Positions 64,000 through 64,000 of a stretch of 64,000 nucleotides of DNA are shown here, piece by piece. Where the stretch lies: the sequence record NC_017972.1. One strand, 5' to 3'. The stretch's first letter is position 1. Every line of letters starts with the position of its first letter. The notes below the pieces were generated by a model. That model had not been told where the DNA came from. It searched no databases and was given only the letters and a program-made list of their open reading frames with translations. A program made the position numbers and the translations under genes.

Positions 64000-64000
64000 C

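Noticed and set aside
1-64000. Stop-codon reassignment or programmed frameshifting
   Set aside because: Genes tile both halves densely in the standard code with intact motifs. I saw no split gene needing read-through.

Overview
This window looks like part of a large lytic tailed-phage genome (jumbo-myovirus-like; inferred from gene content, no database search possible). I found no tRNA, rRNA, CRISPR array, integrase, transposase or host housekeeping genes. There are two convergent halves that meet at a bidirectional terminator (27848-27887). (1) Bases 1-27849, + strand, about 23 genes: a virion fibre/adsorption cluster. It holds three collagen-like proteins, Cys-linked beta-sandwich repeat proteins, PA14-like, Calx-beta, discoidin, LamG and TSP-C-like lectin modules, a Gly-rich fibre and tandem paralogs. 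It is followed by a four-gene membrane/periplasmic cassette and a lysis-like cassette (holin-like, spanin-like, and an M15 peptidase lacking two zinc ligands). (2) Bases 27893-64000, - strand, about 67 mostly small, tightly coupled genes. Recognisable ones are three Nudix hydrolases, a NADAR/YbiA protein, a PDE-like HD protein, a YgiC-like ATP-grasp ligase next to a YgiB-like lipoprotein, a DUF4326 protein and several HTH/RHH proteins. Non-coding signals: a sigma70-type promoter at about 57933-57961, an exact 11-mer AACTGTAAATA found six times (always on the - strand; likely a phage-specific promoter), and a family of AGGGG/CCCCT terminators. Best candidates for new biology: the phage ygiB/ygiC-like peptide-polyamine ligase module inside a cluster of envelope genes, the 22.7-25.1 kb sensor-like cassette, the atypical lysis cassette, and fibre proteins that carry lectin domains inserted into split Calx-beta scaffolds. 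Domain calls come from motif recognition by eye and need HMM or structure confirmation. Several start codons were re-assigned from the ORF track using RBS and stop/start overlaps.
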